Assembly: GCA_030614005.1 (NCBI GenBank)
Contig: JAUWKS010000003.1
Span: 1,354-65,353 of the forward strand
Direction of reading: 5' to 3'
Length of the DNA stretch: 64,000 nt
DNA from: Candidatus Heimdallarchaeota archaeon
Lineage (GTDB): Archaea; Asgardarchaeota; Heimdallarchaeia; JABLTI01
Below the pieces are notes generated by a model. The model was not told where the DNA came from. It did not search any database and saw nothing but the letters and a program-made list of their open reading frames with translations. Every line of letters begins with the position of its first letter. Position 1 is the stretch's first letter. The position numbers were made by a program, and so were the translations under genes. Positions 8,180 to 17,224 of this stretch are shown piece by piece.

Positions 8180-9787
8180 TTATTCATAAAAAATCTTAGT
8201 TATTTTACCAATGCCTTTTGTTCTCCCCTCTCTGAAAAGTATCTTTGTTCCTTCTTTCAAATATTCAGGGTAATACATGAATCTAAATCTAACCTTTGCC
8301 TTATCTCCCGTTCTTATTACATCTTTATTCATATCAATAATTTTTGCTGTTTGTCGAATCGTACCACAATGAATTACTGCTTGATAGTTCTTTTGGATTG
8401 TTGTGGAATGATATAATATTAGTACTTCCGCTTCAAATTCTTGCGCAACTTTTGGAATGATTTGTTGGTCAAGTAATACCATGCCTTTTCTAACTGCTGT
8501 TCTTTGGATTCTTCTTAATGCAAATGTTGCTGTTTGACCTGCTACCACTCTTTTAACTGGCAATCGTTTATTATGTATGCTCTTTATTTTCACTTCTTTG
8601 AATTTGCCATTTTCATCCGGTCCTAATTGTAAAATATCATCGATTGTTACAGATCCACTCAATAGTGTTCCTGCTACAATAGTGCCTACGCCAGTAACTG
8701 AATAAGTTTCATCAATATGAAACTCTGAATGTTTATCAATAAACTCTTCCCACTTTTTATTTGCCGGAAGGATATTGAGGAATTTCCTAAGAAGAGCTAG
8801 ATTTTCACCTGTTACATTAGAAACGAGAAAGATAGGTGCAATTCTTCCTGATAGAAGGTTTTTTGCACTTACTATTATATCGTCTTCATTTCTAATAATT
8901 ATTGGGATTTTGTTCGAACCTGGTAGTTTCAGCAATTTCATCAAATTGTCAGTTGTTTGTTTTAAGATGTGTTTAGGGCAGATATCGATTTTTGTTATTA
9001 CAATAATCACTGGAACTTTCAGTGCTAGAACAATGCCAAGATGCTCCTTTGTCATTCCAACAACTCCCATATTAGAACCAACAACAAGTAATGCATAGTC
9101 TGGTAAATGTCCCGTTAGACCGAAAAGTGTTGTTTTCAGATATTTCTCATGACCACCCAAATCGATAAAAGTTAGTACTTTTGCACTTCCTTCAATTATT
9201 TTAGTCCAAGATTGACTACCTAATAAATTATAATTTACAATTTCACCTTTGCTATCAAATCCAAGGATCTGTTGACTAATGCTGGATGTTCTCCCAGTTT
9301 CCACTTCGTGTTTATGTCGAAATACATTAACTCGAGCCAATCCTCTTCCATTATCTAATTTCCCTTGAGTAAGCACTCCAACTAATGTGCTCTTTCCACT
9401 ATCAACATTTCCGGCAACCGCAACTCTTACTTCAATGTATTCCTCTTCTGCTAGTTTTCGTACTAAAACTTCTGCAACTTTTCCGGATTCCCCTTCCCTT
9501 TCTCTTAGAATTGTTATATCTGCTTGAAGTTGTTCAGCCATTTTTTCAAGGGTTTTAATGGAGTTCTTTAGTTCTTCTTCACTGATGCCCTTAGGATAAC
9601 CATTATCTTCGATACCAATTTCATAAATCGCTTCTCCTTGTCCTTCTTGCAGGCGGAATTTCATCTGAGTAACTAAATGCTCAAACCTAGTTGCTGTAGG
9701 ATCGATTAACTTTAATTTGTATTCGATATTTCCTTCTTCATTCTCTTGACCCAAAGAAGGAGTTTTGTTTTTATTGGGAGAAGACAT
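8180..9787 (-). CDS. GTPBP1-family translational GTPase (EF-Tu/eEF1A-like, with N-terminal extension)
   Basis: G1 GNVDSGKSTLVGVLT, G3 DLGGHEKY, G4 TKID. The N-terminal extension (about 120 aa) and the beta-barrel domains II/III match the GTPBP1/GTPBP2 architecture rather than aEF1A. Confidence 0.6.
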   Translation of the reverse strand: MSSPNKNKTPSLGQENEEGNIEYKLKLIDPTATRFEHLVTQMKFRLQEGQGEAIYEIGIEDNGYPKGISEEELKNSIKTLEKMAEQLQADITILREREGESGKVAEVLVRKLAEEEYIEVRVAVAGNVDSGKSTLVGVLTQGKLDNGRGLARVNVFRHKHEVETGRTSSISQQILGFDSKGEIVNYNLLGSQSWTKIIEGSAKVLTFIDLGGHEKYLKTTLFGLTGHLPDYALLVVGSNMGVVGMTKEHLGIVLALKVPVIIVITKIDICPKHILKQTTDNLMKLLKLPGSNKIPIIIRNEDDIIVSAKNLLSGRIAPIFLVSNVTGENLALLRKFLNILPANKKWEEFIDKHSEFHIDETYSVTGVGTIVAGTLLSGSVTIDDILQLGPDENGKFKEVKIKSIHNKRLPVKRVVAGQTATFALRRIQRTAVRKGMVLLDQQIIPKVAQEFEAEVLILYHSTTIQKNYQAVIHCGTIRQTAKIIDMNKDVIRTGDKAKVRFRFMYYPEYLKEGTKILFREGRTKGIGKITKIFYE

Positions 9788-9895
9788 ATTTACAAACTCA
9801 TTTTACTATCAAATAAAAATAGTCTATCTTGCTATATTAATACTAAGAATAATTTGTTTGGTTGCTTCTAATACTAGAAGCAATAGAGTGTACCT

Positions 9896-11086
9896 CTAAT
9901 CTTTAATGTTAATTTTTATGTCTTGATTTGTTAGTTTTCTTACTTCTCTTTGAGTTTCAGCTGCTAATGAAGCAATGTCTTTGTTCAATTCTTGAAGAGA
10001 ATTATCTAATTCACGAATTCTACGCTGTTGGCGATTCTCGTTTTTCTCTAAAGCTTCTTGTGCTTCTTTAAATTCTTGTATCTGATTCTTTAAACTAAGA
10101 TCTTCTATTTTTATTTCGATGTTGGTTATCTGTTCTTTAAGCTTAAGTAAATCAGTATGAAGCTCTTTAATGGATCCATCAATTACTTCTTGTGCATGTG
10201 CTATTGCTTTATTTTTCATTGAGGTCTTCAATTTTATTTTATCAGCTTTTGAAGCATCGATTAATATTTCCATTAGATCATTTAACTTTCCGTGGCCCTC
10301 GTTTAATTCCCAAAGTACCTCTAAAGGATTTTCTCTAATGAGATTTGCAATCTTAACCAACTCCGGTGGAACCATAACAATTCCATCTTGTGCTCGAGAA
10401 GTTAATTTTCTAAGAGGTTTATCCATTCCTCCGAGTTCTAGACGGAGTTTCTTTCCAATTATTTGTACTTCTTTATTAAGCTCATCTAATTGTGACAAAA
10501 CTTCTTTTGATTCAAGGGAAATTACACTATTGTTTAATTCTGAAATCTTTTTTGTAATAACATCAACTTCTGCATTTTCAACAGAAATTTGTTTCTTAAG
10601 CTTGTCTCGTTCATTAACCTTATCGATAATTAGTAAAATTTTATCAGAAGTATTATCCACTTCTTGGAGTAAAACAGTTTTATTTTCAATAAATTGACTA
10701 ATGTCTTGATAATTTTTTTGAATTCTAGTCAATGCTCTGTTTAAAATAAATATTCTCGTTTTGTATTTGCGTTTCAAGTTTGGAACGAATCTTCTTCCAA
10801 TTATCATAACTCTATGCAAAAACTTCTCCAAACTTTTAATCCACACTTCAGTTGTTTTATAGGTAATCTCTTCAGGGTACTCAAAATTAGAAACCATTGC
10901 AGTCATTTTTTCGTAGATATTTTGTGAAGAACGTGTTTCAGCATCTATAGTATCACCAATTTCGAAATCTTGTGCTGCAAGTTCTAATTCTTCCATCGAA
11001 GATTTGACTAATTCTACTCTCTTATGTATTTCTTGCCGCACTTTTTTAACACTATTTTCGGTTTCATCTTTAAACCATTTATTCAT
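9896..11086 (-). CDS. Hypothetical coiled-coil protein (about 397 aa)
   Basis: ORF track starts at a TTG (11104); the first in-frame ATG is at 11086 (MNKWFK...). Long heptad-rich segments; no enzymatic motif. Confidence 0.5.
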   Translation of the reverse strand: MNKWFKDETENSVKKVRQEIHKRVELVKSSMEELELAAQDFEIGDTIDAETRSSQNIYEKMTAMVSNFEYPEEITYKTTEVWIKSLEKFLHRVMIIGRRFVPNLKRKYKTRIFILNRALTRIQKNYQDISQFIENKTVLLQEVDNTSDKILLIIDKVNERDKLKKQISVENAEVDVITKKISELNNSVISLESKEVLSQLDELNKEVQIIGKKLRLELGGMDKPLRKLTSRAQDGIVMVPPELVKIANLIRENPLEVLWELNEGHGKLNDLMEILIDASKADKIKLKTSMKNKAIAHAQEVIDGSIKELHTDLLKLKEQITNIEIKIEDLSLKNQIQEFKEAQEALEKNENRQQRRIRELDNSLQELNKDIASLAAETQREVRKLTNQDIKINIKD

Positions 11087-11382
11087 TTTACTTAGCGAAA
11101 TCAATTTGTAACATCCTTAGAACAATTGATAATCAATAATTCAATGCTGAAATTTATCTTAAGATATAATACTAAATTGTTTATTTTGTTTTATTTATGT
11201 TTCCTAATTTCTCATTCAATCAATTTTGGAAAATTATTCAAAAAGAGATGAGATAGAAGGATTTCTTAATTATGAATGGTAGAAAAAGATTTTTAACTGT
11301 GATTTATAAAGATTTGAAAATTAGGATTAAATTTAATTATAAGTTATGACTAAAGTTCTTTGGTACAGATATCTTCTGTAGG

Positions 11383-12273
11383 ATGAAACAAATGCCCTCA
11401 AAACAAGTAAATAAGACAAATCTAAAGGAATCAGTTATTGAAATTAAAAAGAAATTCAATATTGTTGGACGAACAAGTGAATTGATGAGATCACTTGCAG
11501 CAAAAGCTGCTGGAAGACATATCCTCTTAGAAGGACCTGTTGGAGTTGGAAAAACGGAAATTGCTCATGCCCTTGCTGCTTATTTAAACACTGAATTTGT
11601 TAGATTTGATGGAGATGAAAGATACCATCCTGATAAATTGGTTGGCCATTTCGACCCTCCAGTTGTCTTAGAGAAAGGTTATTCCTTCGATTCTTTTGTA
11701 TCAGGACCTCTTATTCGCGCTATGAATAGTGGTGCTATTCTCTTTGCAAATGAGATCAACCGTTGCCCAGAATCCACACAAAATGTTCTGTTATCAGCAA
11801 TGGATGAAGCAAGAATTGTAATACCAAAACTTGGAGAAGTAAATGCAAAAGATGGTTTCTTTATAATTGCTACACAAAATCCAGTTGAATTTATTGCAAC
11901 AACACCACTAGGTGAAGCTATCAAAGATAGATTCGTTTGGATTAGGCTTGATTATCAATCTGCGGCAGAAGAAAAACAGATTGTTGAAGCAAAAATGAAA
12001 GATTCTCCAAAAAATCTTGTTGATTACTCAGTTGCTATTATAAGAGAAACACGTATTTCACCTAAATTACGAAGAGGAGCAAGTATCAGAGGTGCAATTG
12101 ATTTAGCTTCAATTATTTTTGAATTTGAAGATCGACCACTTCAAACTTGGATTGATATTAGTATTATGGCCCTTGCAACTAAGATAGAATTGGAAGATGG
12201 TATTGAAGAGAAAATTGAGATTGTTATAGAAGAAATTGTACGTAAGGTTATTGGAAAGTTTTTTCGGACCTAG
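11383..12273 (+). CDS. MoxR-family AAA+ ATPase
   Basis: Walker A LLEGPVGVGKTEIAHALA, Walker B-like LFANEINRCPE, sensor and arginine finger; about 296 aa, typical of MoxR (AAA_3). Confidence 0.75.
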   Translation: MKQMPSKQVNKTNLKESVIEIKKKFNIVGRTSELMRSLAAKAAGRHILLEGPVGVGKTEIAHALAAYLNTEFVRFDGDERYHPDKLVGHFDPPVVLEKGYSFDSFVSGPLIRAMNSGAILFANEINRCPESTQNVLLSAMDEARIVIPKLGEVNAKDGFFIIATQNPVEFIATTPLGEAIKDRFVWIRLDYQSAAEEKQIVEAKMKDSPKNLVDYSVAIIRETRISPKLRRGASIRGAIDLASIIFEFEDRPLQTWIDISIMALATKIELEDGIEEKIEIVIEEIVRKVIGKFFRT

Positions 12274-12283
12274 TGAGATAGCA

Positions 12284-13345
12284 ATGCCTCAACCGGGTGG
12301 CGCCCGACCTCCTCCTCAATTTGGTCGATTGACACCTGAAAAACTCGTAGAAGCAGAAATAGTTGCTGGTACGCGTTCAGCTGAACAATATCAAGATATG
12401 ACTAAGGGAATGAAATTTCCTAAAATTAAAAAATTGACTGAGCTAGCTATTGACTATGATAATATTCCTGCTTTAAAGGGCATTGCAAAAAGCAATCAAT
12501 ATGCAGTTGCTGAGGCACTTCAATCTAACGAAGGAGTAAGAATGTTAGAAAGAAGAGCGGCAAGAGGAGAAGGCAGTGCACCAGAATTATTCTTTATGTT
12601 GCGAAGCAATTATGATCCGAAATACAGAAAAATATATCGAAGATTAGCACGAAAATCCATTTTGAAATCCTCTTACAGAGTAGTAGGTCGTGGATTAAAA
12701 GGAGAAATACGAGTTAAGACTGAATATGAACCTGGTATGACTGATTTTGATATGGATAATTTAATTGAAAAGTATCTGCTAAATCGGTATATTCAATATT
12801 CTGATATTGTTGCTATTGAACGAAGAAGTAGAGAAAAAATCGGTGTTTTGATGTTTGATACTTCTGGGTCATTATACGGTTCAAAATTCAGAAATGCTGC
12901 TATGGCTGTAGCTATCCTTGCCTATCATTTAGCTAAAGAAAGGTATGCTGTTATTCTTTTCAATACAAAAGCAACAGTCATCAAAAAATTGGATGAAAAA
13001 GTAAAGATAGATGAGTTAATCGATAGAGTGCTAGAAAGTGAATCTGCAGGATATACAAATATCTCTGAGGCATTAAAAACTGGATTGCTAGAGTTAAATA
13101 AAGACAAACGAACAGAGAAATTTGGTGTACTGATTACTGATGGGTGTTTCAATAGAGGCGATGACCCACGACCTTTTGCAAAAAGTTATTTCAATCTACA
13201 TGTGTTAAGCCTGCCAACTGATAAAGCATGGGGTGAAAAAGTTTGTAGAGATTTATCTAGACTAGGCAAAGGACGTTTTATGAGAGTGCACAGTGTAAAT
13301 CAAATACCAAGAATTCTAATGAAATTATTACGCAAAAAAAGCTAA
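12284..13345 (+). CDS. VWA (von Willebrand factor A) domain protein, MoxR partner
   Basis: MIDAS motif in VLMFDTSGSL...; C-terminal VWA fold. ATG at 12284 is 10 nt after the MoxR stop (the ORF-track TTG start at 12236 overlaps MoxR). The N-terminal extension is about 180 aa. Confidence 0.65.
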   Translation: MPQPGGARPPPQFGRLTPEKLVEAEIVAGTRSAEQYQDMTKGMKFPKIKKLTELAIDYDNIPALKGIAKSNQYAVAEALQSNEGVRMLERRAARGEGSAPELFFMLRSNYDPKYRKIYRRLARKSILKSSYRVVGRGLKGEIRVKTEYEPGMTDFDMDNLIEKYLLNRYIQYSDIVAIERRSREKIGVLMFDTSGSLYGSKFRNAAMAVAILAYHLAKERYAVILFNTKATVIKKLDEKVKIDELIDRVLESESAGYTNISEALKTGLLELNKDKRTEKFGVLITDGCFNRGDDPRPFAKSYFNLHVLSLPTDKAWGEKVCRDLSRLGKGRFMRVHSVNQIPRILMKLLRKKS

Positions 13346-13424
13346 TGTAATATGAATATAACTGAAAAATAATAACAAAATTTCAATTCTATAAAAATAA
13401 AAAAAATAAGAAGAGGATCCAAAA

Positions 13425-13730
13425 TTAAAGATTGAACATTTTGGATAAATCTTCAGTTTCTTCTTCTACTTGTGGTTTTTTCTTTCTAGTGTAAGCAGAG
13501 ATTAGTTCAGGATGGTGGAATTGTACATGTTCTCTCCAATTCTTTACCATGGTACCACAGTAACCACAGATACTTAACGCCTCTTTCTCTTCTCTTCTCT
13601 TCAAATATTCGGCATATTTTGGATGCTTTCTTCTCATATGTTCTTCTACGTCGTCGACTAAGCATTGACAAATTTTGCAAAATTTAAGCCCTTGTCTTTT
13701 ATTTTGAATAATAGATGATTTAGCACACAA
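13425..13730 (-). CDS. Small C2H2-type zinc-finger protein (two fingers)
   Basis: CKICQCLVDDVEEHMRRKH and CGYCGTMVKNWREHVQFHH both fit C-x2-C-x(9-12)-H-x(3-4)-H; basic, about 100 aa. Start codon uncertain (TTG at 13730). Confidence 0.5.
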   Translation of the reverse strand: MCAKSSIIQNKRQGLKFCKICQCLVDDVEEHMRRKHPKYAEYLKRREEKEALSICGYCGTMVKNWREHVQFHHPELISAYTRKKKPQVEEETEDLSKMFNL

Positions 13731-13865
13731 TTTGAAATCCTCGGCGTATTTTTAGATTAAAAATTCATTGTTTCTTTATCAAGAATTAACAATCAAGATA
13801 CAATATATTAAAATCTTAGCACTTACTATAAAAGTATTACTCGTGTGCCATTTTTTCGAAAAATG

Positions 13866-14100
13866 TGCAGTAACAAAGAGCTAAATCATGTGTTTTTATT
13901 GTCATTTTGTCAATAAAAAAATTACTGTACTATCTAATTAGTACCTTTTTTGCAAAAAAATAGGCATAAATTTCTGCCGTTTTTTGTGTTTTTTTGTCCG
14001 TAGAAAGTGAAAGCAGTACATTTTAAAAGACATCATTTCTCTTTTCACATAGTTCTTTGGAAAAAAATAAAAGCAGTAATTATATTGTATTCACTGCTAG
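13866..14100. promoter_or_regulatory. Promoter region of the dmrX-like operon carrying repeated AAAGCAGTA / GCAGTA motifs
   Basis: AAAGCAGTA at 14010-14018 and again at 14070-14078 (exactly 60 bp apart); GCAGTAA at 13867-13873; inverted copy ACTGCT at 14093-14098; palindromic TACTGTACTA at 13923-13932; TATA-like TTATATT at 14079-14085; AGGAG at 14108-14112 before the ATG at 14127. Confidence 0.3.
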
Positions 14101-14126
14101 ATATCTAGGAGCAAAGAGATTCAATT

Positions 14127-15020
14127 ATGACTTTACGAATTGCTTGGGCGATTACAGGCGCAGGTTGCTGGTTAACAGAAAGTTTTGCTGTTCTAGGAAA
14201 ATTGTTGAAAAAAGACAATATTAAAATCGACTTATTCTTCAGTGAAGCTGGTAGGGAAGTTGCTCAATGTTACGGTGTGTTTAAATCTCCTGTACCATTG
14301 AAAACGGCATTTATAGATAAGATTCGTGAAATACCAAATTTTAATGAGGATATCTTTATGCCTAATTTTATTGAAAAGTTTCAATGGTTAGGTGCCAAGG
14401 ATACTCGTGATCTTAAGGACACTCTGATTGAAAGGTCCCCAGAAGAAGAATTTGATTTTGAGGAAGCTTTCCGTGATGTGGTTTTTGAAATAGATGAAGG
14501 TTCTAGTTTTCCAACAGCAGCAACAGCTTCAAACAATAGATATGACGCGATAATCATTTCTCCTGCGACAGGTAATACTGTAGCAAAAATTTCCCAAGGC
14601 ATTGCAGATAATTTAGTTTCAAACTTGGCAATAATGGGTAGTAAAAGTGAAAGCACTCCTGTAATTGTTATTCCAACCGATTTCAAAGAAGGAATATCAA
14701 AAAGTTATCTACCAATTATGCTTCATTCCGATACATGCAGAAAATGTGCTGAATGTTCTTCACTTTGGGCTTGTAAACCTGGTGCAATAAGAAGAAAACG
14801 AGGAAAAGTGCAAATCCATCGTTTGAAATGTACTGGTTGTTTGGATTGTGTAAGATATTGTCGACATGGTATCATTTCTTTTCTCGAAGAAATTGAAGTT
14901 CACGTTAGACCACGTGAGGCTGAAGCAACTAACTTACTCAAAAGCCAACATGGTTTTCTTATCATGGAAACTCCTGAAGAAGCTTACAACTACATTTGTA
15001 AGAATTTGAAAAAGAGCTAG
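14127..15020 (+). CDS. DmrX-like archaeal flavoprotein with C-terminal 2x[4Fe-4S] ferredoxin domain (putative dihydromethanopterin reductase)
   Basis: N-terminal Flavoprotein-family motif (IAWAITGAGCW...; IIISPATGNTVAKI); C-terminal CRKCAEC...CKP and CTGCLDC...C cysteine clusters. Confidence 0.55.
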   Translation: MTLRIAWAITGAGCWLTESFAVLGKLLKKDNIKIDLFFSEAGREVAQCYGVFKSPVPLKTAFIDKIREIPNFNEDIFMPNFIEKFQWLGAKDTRDLKDTLIERSPEEEFDFEEAFRDVVFEIDEGSSFPTAATASNNRYDAIIISPATGNTVAKISQGIADNLVSNLAIMGSKSESTPVIVIPTDFKEGISKSYLPIMLHSDTCRKCAECSSLWACKPGAIRRKRGKVQIHRLKCTGCLDCVRYCRHGIISFLEEIEVHVRPREAEATNLLKSQHGFLIMETPEEAYNYICKNLKKS

Positions 15021-15079
15021 CTTACAGTTTGTGCAAACTCTCTTAATACTAGAGTTAATTTACTTTATAATGGAGTTGT

Positions 15080-16708
15080 ATGTTTATGTTAAATTCCAAA
15101 AGAAAAAAAAACACTAAAATCCTTGTTTTAACTGGACGCTCTGCGGAAAAAATAGTTAAAAGCAGCGTTCCATCAAATGTAACCGTTAAAGTTTTGCCGA
15201 TTGACGTTGCTGCTTTTATTAATAAGGATTTAATATTAAAGAATTTAACAAAAGAAGAAGCACAAAAATATGACTTAATTTTAGCACCAGGTTTTGTTCA
15301 AGGGGATTTGGTTCCCTTATATGCTTTGCTTGGAGTACCAGTTGTAAAAGGACCAAGATACGCAAGTGATATCAAATTAGCTGTTACTGAATTAGATTTT
15401 GAAGAGTTCTCTTCAAAGTATTCTGCTGATAAATTAATAAAGAAGAAGAAATATTCTCAAACGAGACAATTTCTAGATGATGGATTTAATAAACCATTAA
15501 TAGAAAAATCAAAAGAATTTATTCTTGGCATTAGGAATGCTTTTCCGATAGGGGTAAATCGCCCACCTTTAGTAATGAGTGAAATTATTGATGCACCAAA
15601 ATTGACTATGAAGGAAGTGATAACAAGAGCACAATTCTTCATCAATAGCGGTGCTAATGTGATTGATATTGGTGCAATAGCAAAAAACCCTCAACCAAAA
15701 AAAATCAAAGAGATAGTTTCTGCACTCCAAAAATTGAAAAAAAATAATAACTTTATTTTGAGTATTGATACACTTAATGAAGAAGAGATTATTGCTGCAG
15801 TTGAAGCAAAAATTGATTTAATCTTAAGTATAGATCATGGAAATGTTGATCAGTTGATTGATAAAATACCAAAAGAAATTGGAATTGTTTTTTTACCAAC
15901 AAATGTAAAGGAAGGTGTTATGCATAAAACACCTGAAGAACGAGTAAAATCTTTAATTAAATTAAGGGACAAATTACGAGCTGCAGGGCACACAAAACTT
16001 TTCGCTGATCCAATAATAGAAATGCCAATTTATCCTGGTTTTGCTTCGTCTCTCGAAAGTTATATTCAATATAGAAAAATCGATTCGACCACTCCAATGA
16101 TGACTTGTGTAGGTAATGTTACCGAATTTATTGAAGCTGACCCCGTTGGAATAAATACCTTATTTGGTTGCTTAGCAGTAGAATTGGGCATCCAATTACT
16201 TTTGATGACAGATTATAGTGTAAAATGTCGTGGTGGAACAAAAGAGATTGTAAAGGCAAGAGATCTAGCTTTTGCTGCTAAGAAGAGAAATACTCCACCA
16301 ATAGGTCATGGTATTAACATACTTCTGGCCAAGAGCAGAACCGATTTTGAACTCGAGATACCTATAAAGAAGGACTTGGAAATTGTCGACCTCACAAGTG
16401 ATGATGGAGCATTATATTCAATGGATTATGAAATGGACCCAAAAGGTAGTTTTACGATTTGGATTAATTATCAAAATCAGAAGATCTATGTTTCTCATTT
16501 AGGTATTTCCAGTAAGAAACCTGATCTATTACTTATATCCTCTGAAGCGAGAATGCTTTTTGAAGAAATTACTAAAAGAGGGCTACTATCAAAAATAGAT
16601 CATGCGTTTTACCTTGGAAGAGAATTAGAACGAGCAGAAGTGTGTCTCTATCTTGGGAAAACATACATCCAAAACGAACAGACATTTAAAGACTCAGAAT
16701 ATTTCTAG
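15080..16708 (+). CDS. Dihydropteroate-synthase-like pterin-binding protein with extra N- and C-terminal domains (MptH/MJ0301-like, methanopterin biosynthesis)
   Basis: The central region resembles the DHPS pterin-binding TIM barrel (...GANVIDIGA...ILSIDT...). At 542 aa with flanking domains it matches the unusual archaeal DHPS homologs; it is adjacent to the DmrX-like gene. Confidence 0.45.
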   Translation: MFMLNSKRKKNTKILVLTGRSAEKIVKSSVPSNVTVKVLPIDVAAFINKDLILKNLTKEEAQKYDLILAPGFVQGDLVPLYALLGVPVVKGPRYASDIKLAVTELDFEEFSSKYSADKLIKKKKYSQTRQFLDDGFNKPLIEKSKEFILGIRNAFPIGVNRPPLVMSEIIDAPKLTMKEVITRAQFFINSGANVIDIGAIAKNPQPKKIKEIVSALQKLKKNNNFILSIDTLNEEEIIAAVEAKIDLILSIDHGNVDQLIDKIPKEIGIVFLPTNVKEGVMHKTPEERVKSLIKLRDKLRAAGHTKLFADPIIEMPIYPGFASSLESYIQYRKIDSTTPMMTCVGNVTEFIEADPVGINTLFGCLAVELGIQLLLMTDYSVKCRGGTKEIVKARDLAFAAKKRNTPPIGHGINILLAKSRTDFELEIPIKKDLEIVDLTSDDGALYSMDYEMDPKGSFTIWINYQNQKIYVSHLGISSKKPDLLLISSEARMLFEEITKRGLLSKIDHAFYLGRELERAEVCLYLGKTYIQNEQTFKDSEYF

Positions 16709-16820
16709 CATAATAGAATTTAAGAAGGAAAATTTTTTCAAAATATGAGCAATTCTTAATAAGCTGATGTTCAATTGATTATGCGGTTAGGAAAAAACCA
16801 GTAATTTGAGGTTATTTAGT

Positions 16821-17216
16821 ATGAAGTTAGATGAGAATGCAAAATATGCTCAATCACATGAGTGGATTAGAAAGGAAAAAGATGATGTTTTCATTGTTGG
16901 CATTTCTGATTTTGCTCAAAGCTCAATGAAAGACATTGTTTTTGTTGAATTGCCTTCTGAAGGTACAACTTTTAAGAAAGGTGATAAAGCATGTGATATT
17001 GAATCTGTAAAATCAGTAGAAGAAATCAAATCTCCAGTCGCAGGAGAAGTAATTGCTGTAAATAGTAATTTAGAAGATTCTGCTGAACCAATTAATGACG
17101 ATCCTTATGGTGAGGGTTGGTTCTTTAAAATCAAAGCATCAAACCCAGCTGAATTTGACGAATTATTATCTCCAGAAGATTATCAAAAATTCGTTGATTC
17201 ATTACCCAATAAATAA
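16821..17216 (+). CDS. gcvH: Glycine cleavage system H protein
   Basis: Lipoyl-lysine context ESVKSVEEIKSPVAGEV; N-terminal ...YAQSHEWI...; ATG at 16821 (the ORF-track TTG start at 16806 is less likely). Confidence 0.8.
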   Translation: MKLDENAKYAQSHEWIRKEKDDVFIVGISDFAQSSMKDIVFVELPSEGTTFKKGDKACDIESVKSVEEIKSPVAGEVIAVNSNLEDSAEPINDDPYGEGWFFKIKASNPAEFDELLSPEDYQKFVDSLPNK

Positions 17217-17224
17217 TTGATATT

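Noticed and set aside
10170-10697. Plus-strand 175-aa ORF inside the minus-strand coiled-coil gene
   Set aside because: It is antisense to a long heptad-repeat ORF and gives a Ser/Phe/Ile-rich low-complexity translation.
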